DNA of 64,000 bases. Origin: Octopus sinensis (lineage: Eukaryota). The stretch covers positions 55,242,001 to 55,306,000 of the forward strand of contig NC_043008.1 of assembly GCF_006345805.1 (NCBI RefSeq), written 5' to 3'. Positions 25,055 through 37,463 of the stretch are shown here, in pieces. A model generated the notes under the pieces. That model was not told where the DNA came from. It searched no databases and saw only the letters and a list, made by a program, of their open reading frames with translations. The stretch's first letter is position 1. Each line of letters starts with the position of its first letter. Both the position numbers and the translations under genes were made by a program.

Positions 25055-25395
25055 CATCATCATCATCATTTAACGTCTGTTTTCCATGCTGGCATGGGTT
25101 GGACGATTTTGACTGAGGGCTGGCGAACCAGATGGCTGCACCAGGCTCCAATCTTGATCTGGCAGAGTTTCTACAGCTGGATGCCCTTCCTAACGCCAAC
25201 CACTCTGAGAGTGTAGTGGGTGCTTTTACGTGCCACCAGTACGGGGGCCAGTCAGGCAGTACTGGTGACGACCTCGCTCGAATCTTTTTACACATGCCAC
25301 CGGCACAGGTGCCAGTAAGGCAACGCTGGTAACGATCACGCTCGAATGATGCTTTTTACGTGCCACCGGCACGGAAGCCAGCTGGCCGCTCTGGC
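25055..25395 (-). mobile_element. SINE-like family D
   Basis: (CAT)n then ttaacgtctgttttccatgctggcatggg...ggatgcccttcctaacgccaacc and ~65-bp internal repeats. Confidence 0.8.
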
Positions 25396-26443
25396 TCATT
25401 TTGTCCATCAAATCGACATTGCCTGTACTGGTGCACTGTGAGCCACACAGCAAATGTTGAAGGGATTACAGAGCAATGTGAAATGAAATGTTTGCATCAT
25501 GTGCTCCCTACATCTGTTTCACTATTGTGATTATTTGCATCTTCTGCAGTAGGTGTTCATAGTTCAGTTGGATACTGAACCACAGTGCACATGTGTGTGT
25601 ACGTGCGTGCATGTGTGTGTGCGTGTATGTGTCTGTGTTAAATTTCTGTCTTGTAACATAGTTGTTCAACAAGCAGAGATTGATAAAATAAGTACCAAAC
25701 TTAAAAATAAGTACTGGACTTGATGTGACCAACTGAATTGTTGGAGGTAGTGCCCCCAACATGACTGCAAACTAATGGCTGAAACATTAAAAGAATATAC
25801 ATATATACATGCATGCATAGGTACAGTTTAATGTCTTGTAACAGCTGATGAATAGCCAGCATTTATCTCATCTAAGGAAGAATACTGTCTCACATATTAA
25901 ACATATAATACAGCTTATCCTATAGAGTGCTTTGCCTGCTGATTCTGTATGTTCAGCCTTGTCAGAAAGGCCATGTCGTTACAGGTATCTGATGAATTTG
26001 TTTGGTGGTGGTGTTAAAATTTGGCTAACAGATGCAGGGTAGACCTGTTATTTCTTTATTTTTTGATAATGTTTTCTGTGACTACGTACTTGTGATATCT
26101 CCATCACAGACACAACCATTCCCTGCATGAGTCATCTTTCCTTTGGTTCTGTAAATCATTTTTGTATGTAGGTATCTTTGCACCACTGCTTAGCCGGTAA
26201 TAATGGTGTGCACATTTTTGTTTTCTTTTGTGTGTATTAGACTTGTCACCGGTGAAAGATAGAAAAACATTTGTTTTCAGCTAAAATCACCTTTATTGTT
26301 TCCATTTGTCCATTCTTTGTATTGGGAAAGTTTTCCTGTTCTTCTGACTTTCGAACAAAGAGCAAGCTTATGTTTCAAAAATTTGATAATGAAAACAAGT
26401 GCATACAATTAATATGTTTTCAAAGTAATAGAAATTGTTTTAA

Positions 26444-26663
26444 CCCTTTCGTTACTGTATTTCTGTTGAGATTCTCTATGTTTCTTTCAATTACTTTAAA
26501 TATAACAAAGAATTTAATAAAATGACTTAGTTATCATTCAGCTAGTGTTAGGAACATAAATTGTGACTAAGGTTTGGTGGTAGATTATAATTCAAAACTT
26601 ATGTAAACAATACATTTGTACTCAGAGCCAAAGCCGGTTTCAGCCGGGTTGGTAACGAAAGGG
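26444..26663. mobile_element. piggyBac-type MITE, second family
   Basis: TTAA|CCCTTTCGTTAC...GTAACGAAAGGG|TTAA. Confidence 0.85.
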
Positions 26664-27094
26664 TTAATGTGAAAAAGAGAAGTTTTTGATTTTAAAGCAG
26701 AACTTTTTGCCAACGGAGTCCTGCCTAAAACATCATATTTTTTTTATGTCTAATAATTATCAACACAGACCATCACTAGTTTTATCTTTCTATTGTTTTA
26801 CTTTGCGTATAATTAAGTTGATATAAAATTTGCATATAATTAAGTTGATATAAAATTTGCAGTTTTGTTACTCATTGTAATAAATGTTTGTGATTGGAAA
26901 AAATGTCAGAAATAGTTGCATGACTAACTTAGGAAAAAAAACTATAATTGATAATTATTACCATAATTTTAATATGTATGATTGCTTTAATTTTCGTGTT
27001 ATTGTTGTTTTTTCCCCTCCTCTGATATCTAAATTAAGTCTGAACTATTGTATTTCCATATTCTTTAATCTCTGACATTTTACTTGTAAAGTCT

Positions 27095-27540
27095 AATATA
27101 TCAGTTTTGATCTCACAATTCCTTCCCCGGTTTTACTTCATTCCATTACTTTTCCACACCACATTTTTCTCCCAGGTTGTATTGACTCACTTCATATTTT
27201 ATACCTCATTGCTTGTTCAACTCCCCTGCACATATTGCACCTGCAACAAACCATTTTCAACTTGTCTTTCTTCAGTATTTATTAATCCTCTGAATTTACC
27301 AACACCCCTCTTCTTTGCTTTATACTGTACATACTTCATATAAATCTTGGCCAATTTACATCTGTACTTTTTCGTTGGTCTTTATCAAGTGTCTTATTTC
27401 TGGATATGTGTGAGGTATCAGATTAACTGTAACAAAGTTCTCATTTTCAATATCACTGACATTTTTCTCCTCCTATCAAACGTTTAACATTGTGCGATCA
27501 CTAGCTCCACCTCTGACATCAAATATGAAACAAGCAATGT
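27095..27540 (-). mobile_element. Decayed RTE-clade LINE 3' fragment
   Basis: Minus-strand remnants (..HLIKTNEKY.., ..KKDKLKW..) resemble the RTE C-terminal 'HKTNE...KRRKLxWFGH' region. Confidence 0.5.
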
Positions 27541-27794
27541 TATGTGCCTCATCCAGACACACGTCATGCTGGCATGGGTTGGAGAATTTGACAGAATTTG
27601 ACTGGTCAGAGGACAGTGTTGAGCTCCAGTGTCAGTTTTAACATGGTTTCAGTGGCTGGATGCCTTTCCTTATGCCGGACACTTTACAGAGTGCACTGGG
27701 TGCTTTTCCATGTCATTGGCTCTAGTGGGGTCCTCAAATAGCCTGCAAGACAAGACCCCTTGATAGAGGTTGGGTGTAGTATAAGGGTATATGT

Positions 27795-27859
<65 letters not shown>

Positions 27860-27864
27860 ATATA

Positions 27865-27981
27865 TTATTATATAGAAGGAGCTTCTACAGGACTAGAACT
27901 GTTTCATTCAAGAGAAATCTTCAGCAGATTTCTCTTGAATGAAACAGTTCTAGTCCTGTAGAAGCTCCTTCTATATAATAA
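27865..27981. repeat. Perfect 56-bp-arm palindrome with 5-nt loop in a (TA)n-flanked insert
   Basis: 27865-27920 versus 27926-27981. Confidence 0.9.
27885..27925 (-). ncRNA. Hammerhead-ribozyme-like core (stem I incomplete)
   Basis: Minus strand CTGAAGA-TTTCTCTTGAAT-GAAAC-AGTTCTA-GTC. Confidence 0.4.
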
Positions 27982-28049
27982 ATTAATTTTACTCTATGTA
28001 TTGAGTACCTTATTTACTGTGGTTAACCCCGAATCAACCCGGGACCTAC

Positions 28050-28111
<62 letters not shown>

Positions 28112-29394
28112 TGCTTCTGTGTGTGTGTGTGTGTGTGTGTGTATAACAAACAGGATTTAAACTCATGATCACATGAACTGTTGGTCTAATCAGCGTATAA
28201 TTACAACTTAATTGTATCTATGTACAATATCCTTGTTGTCATAAGAAGTAGTCTTGTAGAAAGAAATTATTGTCAATAATCATTCAAGCCACTTACCAGT
28301 CTATATTTCATGCGATGGATAATGATTATCAGTGAATGACCTAAGTGGATATTTAGATTGTTGATTTTCTTGTTGGAGAGAGCTGTGACTCATTGATGAT
28401 ACTTCAGCAGCTAAACCAAATACCTGCTTCTTAAACAACTTATTAGTGATTTTTTTTAAGAGTAAAATCTATTATACTGTGGCCCAAATTCCTTTTGGTT
28501 CAAGTATAAGCTTGAATGTTTTGAATAGATCACAAACTTGTTGCAGCATTGATTTTGGGAGTCTCAAATTTACCTAGCTTTCATATGACACTATTCATTA
28601 TCAGTTTAAGATCTTGTTTTTTTTTTGTTTTTTTTTGTTTTGAAAGAAAACTTTGGGGGACTATGGCTTAGGCATGTCTAACCCATTACAACAAAATGTC
28701 TTTTTTTTTATTGATCATATTTAATGAATGATTTAAAAGTGGCATGCAAGAAACACTTAAGGAAATCAAAAAGATCTGAAGAGTAGTACAACGAAATTTC
28801 AATACATTAAGATGAGTTCAATACATTTCTAAGTACCATAATTGATTATGATAAATACTAAGGGTAAAACACTATAAATTATACAGTAAGACTTGCATGC
28901 TATGAAGTAATAATAATAGTGACAATAATAATAATAACGATAATAATGATAATGATAATAATTTCTTTTATTATTATGATAATAATAATAATAATAATAA
29001 TATATTACAGGTGGATCAATAACAGATCAACATGATTTTTACACAAAGAACAGTGCAACATTTTGAAGCATCATCATTGTCGTCGTCATTTAGCAAAATA
29101 GTTTATTGATGTAAAGTAGCCAAGAAGATATGGTGCATTGGAATGGAATTATAGGTTTCTGACAACTGTGCTTCTTTCATATTACTAACATTGCTGCTTC
29201 TCAAAGACTGGGTTTTCATTCCTCAAGCCAGGAAATGCTTAAGTCATTGACAAGTGATAAGCTTATCAAAAGTAGACATACATCTTACTCTACTCTAGAA
29301 TAGTTGCTCAAATACCCAGGGTACATCAGACACATATGCGCATGTGCACACACACACACACACAAACATATTTATACACTATGGGCTCCATTCA

Positions 29395-29540
29395 TTTTCT
29401 GTTTACTAAATTTACTCACAAGGATTTGGTCAACCTGAAGTCATAGTAGGAAACACTTACCCAAGATGCCATGCAGCAGGACTGAACCTGGAACCATGTG
29501 GTTGGGAAGCAAGCTTCTTACCATACAGCCACACCTCTGC
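29395..29540 (-). mobile_element. SINE family A 5' half
   Basis: Reverse complement of family A head and body. Confidence 0.8.
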
Positions 29541-29561
29541 TTTGTGTGAAAAGTTTTTAAA

Positions 29562-29965
29562 AGGCGTAGGAGTGGCTGTGTGGTAAGTAGCTTGCTTACC
29601 AACCACATAGTTCTGGGTTCAGTCCCACTGCGTGACACCTTGGGTGTCTTCTACTATAGCCTTGGGCTGACCAAAGCCTTGTAAGTGGATTTGGTAGATG
29701 GAAACTGAAAGAAGCCCATCGTATATATATGTATATGTATACATGTATGTGTATGTTTATGTGTCTGTGTTTGTCCCCCCAACATCGCTTGACAACTGAT
29801 GCTGGTGTGTTTACCTCCTCCATAACTTAGCGGTTTGGCAAAAGAGACCGATAGAATAAGTACTAGGCTTCCAAAGAATAAGTCGTGGGATCAATTTACT
29901 CGACTAAAGGCGGTGCTCCAGCATGACCACAGTCAAATGACTGAAACAAGTAAAAGAGTAAAGAA
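29562..29965 (+). mobile_element. SINE family A, full length
   Basis: aggcgtaggagtggctgtgtggtaag...aagtaaaagagtaaag. Confidence 0.9.
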
Positions 29966-31190
29966 ATTACTAATGAAAATGAGGCCTTACATAATGTAAT
30001 ATTGGACCTTGGTGCACCGTCTGTCGGGTTTCCATTCACCTATAATGCAATAACCTTTTCAATGTGTTTAGAATATCATGTGCTGTACCTAGTTTACAGC
30101 TTTACATATTTTATTTCTGAGAAGCTTCTGAACCAAACCTCTAAACAAACACCCACCTCCCATACTCCCTCTTTGCAAGCTCATAACACACATTCAGGGA
30201 AGCTGTCACCAGGTTTAGAAGAACCACTATTCTTGATCATATATCCATATATAAAAAAAAAATGTCCCCTTCACCATAACCAAATTTTCAATCACCATTA
30301 TCATTAAGAACCCCACCTTCTCTTTCTCTCTCTCTCTCTAGTAAAATTCTTCTAATTTCAGTCTTTTCTTCTTATTTTACTGTCGTGTCTTCCACAACCC
30401 CTTCTCTTCTAAAGTTGTTTGTCTAAAATGCACTTTATGCACCCCTCTCATCCTAAACCCATAATAAAGATTACTTTCCTCAGTGTTTTTTGCCTCTGGA
30501 TTTCAGTTCATTTAGAATTCATTTTTCCCCTCTGGTGCTTCCCTCTGTTTTCTCATTTTTTACTTTCACTTCCAGCGTCTCTTTATCTTTGTGTCCATCA
30601 ATTTCCTAACACCACAGTACTGTATCCATTCCTTCCTCCACATATTTTCATCCTTCTAATAATCTCTTCCTGTTCCTTTCTTCATGTCTTTCCTGTTGTT
30701 ATTGACCTGCTATAGTTTAAACAAAACAAGGTGAACAGCACCAATCTCTCCTGTTTCAGAAGGTCTGCAGAGGGTCATGGACACTGCCCTTTCCTCCAGT
30801 CTCAGGAGGTAAAAAAAAATTGATAAAATGACCAGTAGCCATGCTAACCTCACTTTCTTAATTTTTTACTGGGTCTGAAGGAAGAGGAAGTAGCATTGAC
30901 CTTTGTAGATCCTCTGAAATTGGTAAACCTGTCACTGTTTTATGTTCCTTTATTCGAGCTGCTGCAAGCTGATACCTGCAGGAAAGACATGAATAAAGAG
31001 ATGAGATTCTAGAGGGATGATGTTCTTGGGAGGAAGGTGTCTCGGCATAGTGGTTAATGCAGGGCCAAGGATTGGAGTGGGGTGTATGCAACAAGGGTGA
31101 CAATAGGTGAAAATACAGTGCTTCTGTGTGTGGAGGTATAAGACCAATCACCTCTGAGAGAGGAACAAAGGTTATTATACTAGTAAGAGA

Positions 31191-31411
31191 CGGTGAGCTG
31201 GCAGAATCGTTAGCACGCCGGGCAAAATGCGTAGCCGTATTTCGTCTAACGTTACGTTCTGAGTTCAAATTCCGCCGAGGTCGACTTTACCTTTCATCCT
31301 TTCGGGGTCGATATATTAAGTACCAGTTACGCACTGGGGTCGATGCAATCGACTTAATCCGTTTGTCTGTCCTCTCTATGTTTAGCCCCTTGTGGGTAGT
31401 AAAGAAATATA
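31191..31411 (+). mobile_element. SINE family B (long form) with 15-bp TSD
   Basis: TATACTAGTAAGAGA at 31176-31190 and 31412-31426; CpG-rich, little decayed. Confidence 0.92.
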
Positions 31412-31789
31412 TATACTAGTAAGAGATATGATAAGCTAGAACGGACCCAGAACTATATTACCCCTTCTACTAATTTACAGTTTTGTATCAACTACGACAT
31501 CCCTTCACATTTGCACTGGGTAGTGGACTTATTGCTTTCCCTTATTTTTTTACCTTTACCTTTTCTTTTTATTTAGTTTCTAGTTTCCTGTTTTTCTTTT
31601 TTTTGTCTTCAAAAACACATATTGTGATTTCATTCAGAACTTGTCTTATTCTCTGCTTTTTTTTTTTCTTTTGTTTTGTTTTTGAACATATAAGTTCTTG
31701 CTTTTCTCTTTTGTTGCTTTTCGTTTTCTTTTTTTTTTTTTTCTTTTTTTCTGCCAAACATGACCTACAGACATTGGATGTTCTTTCAG

Positions 31790-32083
31790 AATCAGAACAA
31801 CGCAGTGGGCTCTCTAAAAGCCGCCGGCGCCAATGTGAACTTAGTGCCTGCAGCTAACAACGACAGAAACAACCAACTGAATGTATTAATACCACCTAAC
31901 CAGGGTGCCATTGCAGTGCTTGGTGGGTCTAACAAAACCCAGAGTGTCGCCCCTGCTCCACCAGCTAATATTGTGCATGAAAGTAACAAAGAAAATCCGA
32001 ATGCGAAGGGAGTAAACAGTAATAGCCTGACGAACATTAACAACAGCAATAACAATACTAATAATAATAATATTGCTCATCAT
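31790..32083 (+). CDS. Exon D (NQNNAVGSLKAAGANVNLVPAANN...NNNNIAHH)
   Basis: TTCTTTCAG acceptor ending 31789 after a long T tract; phase 0 matches exon C; same N/G/A composition; donor CAT|GTAATA (unspliced read-through gives VIL* at 32095). Confidence 0.75.
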
Positions 32084-32139
32084 GTAATACTTTAACTTAA
32101 CTTTATGAAAATTAAGTGTTTTATGTGGGTGTGTGTCTG

Positions 32140-32582
<443 letters not shown>

Positions 32583-32667
32583 TGTAAAATAATTTTTAAT
32601 CTTTCAATTATTTTTAAATATGCTAAGCCACTGGTTTTGATTGATTAATATCAATTTCTACCCTTAC

Positions 32668-32725
<58 letters not shown>

Positions 32726-32727
<2 letters not shown>

Positions 32728-32962
32728 TAAAATTAATCAAAGGACATACCAAGTATGTCTACCTGCTTGAAATAACAGTCAAAAACTCTCATTAAATCGC
32801 CAAATACTTAAATGTATGCTAGTAGATTGTCTTAACCTGATTTTGCCTTCGTTTGATTTCTGTAGTTTTTTATCAGTGTATTTTTTGGTGATTTAATGAG
32901 AGTTTTTGACAGTTATTTCAAGCAGGTAGACATACTTAGTATGTCCTTTGATTAATTTTAAT
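32726..32962. repeat. 79-bp-arm inverted repeat (3 mismatches) in a (TA)n-flanked insert
   Basis: 32726-32804 versus 32884-32962. Confidence 0.85.
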
Positions 32963-33077
32963 CCCTCGGCTATTTAATGCTACTTTTGGTCTGCTATCGC
33001 CTGTGTCAATGACTCTGTTATTATCGTTTTTCAAATAGTTACATTGGATAATAATAGAATTAATGACACCTTCACAA

Positions 33078-33120
<43 letters not shown>

Positions 33121-34867
33121 GGTATGCATACAAAATACACAAGGAAACATTTTGATATTAATATTTGTACTTTCTAATGTATTTGGGCTTAAATTCTTAA
33201 ATAGAAGAGCATCTGGTGTTACTTAACCACACGGTTATCTAATATCCATATGCACTGTAAAACCAATTGGTATGATTGGCTAAAGTGGATCTATAATACA
33301 GTATGTTCTTCAATATAAATTAGATTACATTATAGCATACACACACACACACACACACGCACATGTATGTATGTCTGAATGGTGTGGTATCTGATCTTTT
33401 GAGGAAACAAAGGATGAAGCTATGTGTCTGTAGGTTTTCTGTTATTGATATTCTTTGTTGGTTGCAGCTTCTTCACTTTTTTATTTTTTAAATAAATTTT
33501 TTCACTTATGGTAGAGGTGACAAAGGCATTCACAAATCTGCTAATCCACCAGCTTGAGTCAGTAGATTAACAGAACTGTTAGTGCCTCTTCTTTTACATA
33601 TCAGGCTAGAAATTTTGAGGGTGTAAGATTATTGATACCTTTGATCTGGTACTTTGTTTCATCAACTCCAGAGAGATGAAAGGCCAAAAATCTGGAGAGA
33701 ATGGAACATGGAACATAAAATGTTAGAAGAAATACATTTTTTTTCTGATCCTGTCATGCTCTCCAATCCATGCCAGCATAGAAAACAGATGTTAAATGTT
33801 GGATGAATAGATAAGAATACAAATAATTTCTAGAATCTGAAAATCATTTCTATCATCTAATTTATTTATCTATAAAGACAAAAGGTAAATTTATACTAGG
33901 CGGAAACTGAACTCAGAACATAGTGTCAAAAAAAATATGTACGTATATGACATGTGGATTGTAGAAGTAGCTTATGGTATTTGGTTCTATTATATTTCTT
34001 TCTGAAATATAATTGTACTCAGGTCTATTTCACCTTTCATTTTTCTGAGCTCAATAACAGACCAGACTATAAAATAAATACTGGAGTTTAGTGCAAATTG
34101 ATTATAACCTGTGCCTTATCATGGCCACAGTTCAGTGAACAAAACTTCTAAGCAGCCACTATATAAGACTGCATGTATATTTATATGTTTATGTGCATGT
34201 AATGATTATATAACCAGAGGAAAACAAGGTTGATTCATACCCTTACTATTATTTTACTTACCATTTCATCATCATCAGAAAAGGAAGAAGGAGATCATGA
34301 AATAAATTATTTGCTTGGTGTTCTTCCCCTGAAGAAGTGATTAGCTCATTGTCACTGAAGTAATTGTAAAAATATAGATTATTTAATAAATCTCTCTTGC
34401 TTCTTTTCTTTGGTTAAATAATTGTTATATATTCTCTATGGATATTACAATTTATGTGCCTACATCACAGAATTACATGCACATTGACGTAGACTCAATT
34501 TTTGGGAGAACTTTGCAATAAATAGATCATATGGAGCTCTAAATAAATTATTACATATTGTACTTAATACCAAATTGTACTTATATGTATGTATGTGTGT
34601 ATGTATACATCTATACACACAGATGCTTACACATACATGTATGTGTATAAGAATGTATTATTCTGGGTCTATAAATTGGAAGTAATATTCACAACCAACT
34701 ATCTTTATTTATTTATTTATTTTTCTCTCTTTTTAATTCTCTTGTAAGAGATTCCTAAATACTTATTCACCTTTTGATGTTTTCTGATCCACTCTAGTTC
34801 TGGAAATCATTCTGATTCTTATCATAAGGTATTTATTATTGTTGCTGTTGTTGTTATTATTTTTATT

Positions 34868-35055
34868 AAGGCAGTGAGTTGGTGGAATCATTTGCACACT
34901 GGGTAAAATTTTTAGCAGCATTTCATCAAAGGTCCAAATTTCTTTTCATACTTTCAGCGTCAATAAAATAAGACCCCACCCCTTGAACATTGAGGTCAAT
35001 ATAATTGACTAGCCCAATCCAAGATATTTCACGTCTTATACTTAAGATAAAAAGA

Positions 35056-35087
<32 letters not shown>

Positions 35088-35276
35088 GCATGCCGCGCAA
35101 AATGCTTACTGGTATTTCACCTGTCTTTACGTTCTGAGTTCAAATTCCGCCAAGGTCAACTTTGCCTTTCATCCTTTCAGAGTTGATGAAATAAGTACCA
35201 GTTATGCACTGGGGTTGATGTAATCAGTTAGACCCCTCCCCAAAAAATCTCAGGCCCTGTGCCTATAGCAGAAAGG

Positions 35277-35311
<35 letters not shown>

Positions 35312-35905
35312 GCAAAGGTAGTGAGCTGGCGGAATCTTTAGCACACCTGGCAAAATATTAGCAGTATTTCTTCTGGGTCTTTACATTCTGAGTTCAAATT
35401 CCGCTGAGTTTAACTGCCTTTCATCCCTTTCGGGGTCAATAAAATAAGTACCAATTAAGCACTGGTGCCAATGTAATCAACTTACCCCCTCCCCCCAAAT
35501 TTCAGTCCTTGTGCCTATAGTAGAAATGATTATTATTATTATTATTATACCAAGGCAGCGAGCTGGCAGAATCGCTAGCATGCTGGGTAAAATGCTTAGT
35601 GTCATTTCGTCCGTCTTTATGCACTGAGTTCAAATTCCCTGGAGGTCGACTTTGCCTTTGATCTTTTTAGGGTCACTTGAGGACTGGAGTCAATGTGATC
35701 AACTAGCCCTCTTCCCTAAAATTTCAGGCCTTGTGCCTTTAATTGAAAGGATTATTATTATTATTATTCCACCGAGGTCAACTCTGCCTTTCATCCTTTC
35801 GGGGCCCGTAGATTAAGTACCAGTGAAACACTGGTCAATGTAATTGACTAGCCCCACTCCCCCAAAGTTTCAGGCCTTGTGTCTAAATTAGAAAGAATTA
35901 TTACT
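34868..35905 (+). mobile_element. Head-to-tail array of five SINE family B (short form) copies, mostly spaced by (ATT)n
   Basis: Repeated head / B box / ggccttgtgcc tail units at ~34868, 35095, 35316, 35552 and 35768. Confidence 0.85.
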
Positions 35906-36196
35906 ATTATTATTGTGTATGCAAATTTTTCTCAAGGCCAAAAGAATGTTTAGCACTTAATTCTAAATATTCTTTTAGACCCCTTAATATTTTTTGGGTT
36001 TTGTTTTATTTGTTCTTTTTTTTTTTGTTTTGTTTTGTTAACTGCTATTTATTTTACTTATGTATTTTGTTGTTTTATATAAAAGAATGGATAGACTACA
36101 TCTAAATTCATTCAATATCTTTTGCAAGTTTTCACTTTTTATTTATTTGGCTTCAGTTGTTTGTTGTTGTTCTTTTTAGTTTGGGCTGGAGCAAGT

Positions 36197-36247
36197 GTGC
36201 CTATGACTTTAGGGTACCTATGACTACAGGGTGCCTATGACTTTACC
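36197..36247. repeat. 17-bp minisatellite, three units (GTGCCTATGACTTTAGG)
   Basis: Units at 36197, 36214 and 36231. Confidence 0.9.
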
Positions 36248-36405
36248 TAATTTTTTATTAATAGTCTATGTAATCCAACCAGTCAGTTATAATTACATCA
36301 TTCCAACATGCTGTAAAACAGTGTAATAAATCATCTAGTTTTTATTTAATTTCAACTTTATTCTTTTCTTTCATTCTTTTTTGTTTCTTTTTTATTGTTT
36401 GTTAG

Positions 36406-36426
36406 GCTGGAATCTCAGTCACGTGA
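36406..36426 (+). CDS. Candidate terminal coding exon (AGISVT*)
   Basis: Long pyrimidine tract and GTTAG acceptor ending 36405; phase 0 matches exon D; followed by ~400 nt of repeat-free UTR-like sequence. Confidence 0.4.
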   Translation, partial: AGISVT

Positions 36427-36811
36427 TTATTTCATCTATACATACATTTGGTTTTTTAAGTCATTTTATTGTCATTTTTATATAACTATAAAATGATGGA
36501 TGCCAATATTGTTGAACAACAAACAAATTTGTTTTGTGGTATTTTGTTATCTCCCTTTTACATTCCAAGTTCATCTGCAAAGATGGAATTTTTTCCTCTT
36601 CCTTCTTATATATTCATACATTCTTGCTTCCATATATCAATTTCCTTACCTACATTTGGAAACATATACAAATATACTTAAATCTGTTTGTATACAAAAC
36701 TGAATATGGTTTCATACTTTTTCTCTTTTTTATTTCACTTCTCTGACGAGTTTTCTTTTCAAAAATTTGACGTCTTCTAATTTATTTTCATAAAGAATTA
36801 AAAAGGCAATG

Positions 36812-36817
36812 AATAAA
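36812..36817 (+). terminator. Candidate polyadenylation signal AATAAA
   Basis: AATAAA (and ATTAAA ~15 nt upstream) at the end of the repeat-free stretch after the candidate last exon. Confidence 0.25.
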
Positions 36818-37423
36818 CAGTCTAAATATCAATACTTTCATTATAAGTTGAATTGTTAGAGCATTGAACAAAATGCCTTGGCCCTGCTGTTTATATTTTG
36901 AGTTCAATTCCTGCCAAAGTTAAATTTGCCTTTTGTTTTTATGGATTCATTTAAATAAAGCACTAGTCAAATACTTGGCTTGAGATATTCATCTAATCCC
37001 TCGTGTTTAAATTTTTGGGGTTTACACCTAAATTACAAACAACTATAGACTGTTGGTCTTTGTGTTCATAGTTCAAATCCAGCCTGGATCAAATTTGCGT
37101 CATATTATTCTAGGGCTGATAAGAAAAGGTACCACCAGCCAACTAAGCTCTTCCCATCAAAATCAATGGCCTTGTGCTTAAATCAGAAATCATTGTAACT
37201 GATAAGAAGGGCAATGGTTGATAAAATCATTAGGGCACTGGCAAAATATGCTTTGCTGTATTTCTTCCAACTCTTTACATTCCGAATTCAAATGCCACCA
37301 AGGTCAGCTTTACTTTTCATTGTTTTGGGATCAATAAAATAAGGACTAGTCAAGGACTGGAGTCAATGTAGCCAACTAGCCCTTTCACCAAAAATTCAGG
37401 CCCTTGTGCCTATAGTAGAAAGA

Positions 37424-37463
<40 letters not shown>

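Noticed and set aside
30760-30808. 49-nt exon candidate (TTTCAG|...|GTAAAA)
   Set aside because: Shifts the frame out of exon D's Asn-rich frame and its composition is unlike the other exons.
34329-34366. CTGAAGA-AGTGA...TCACT-GAAG hammerhead-like motif
   Set aside because: GAAG instead of GAAA, UG at the cleavage site and no stem I.
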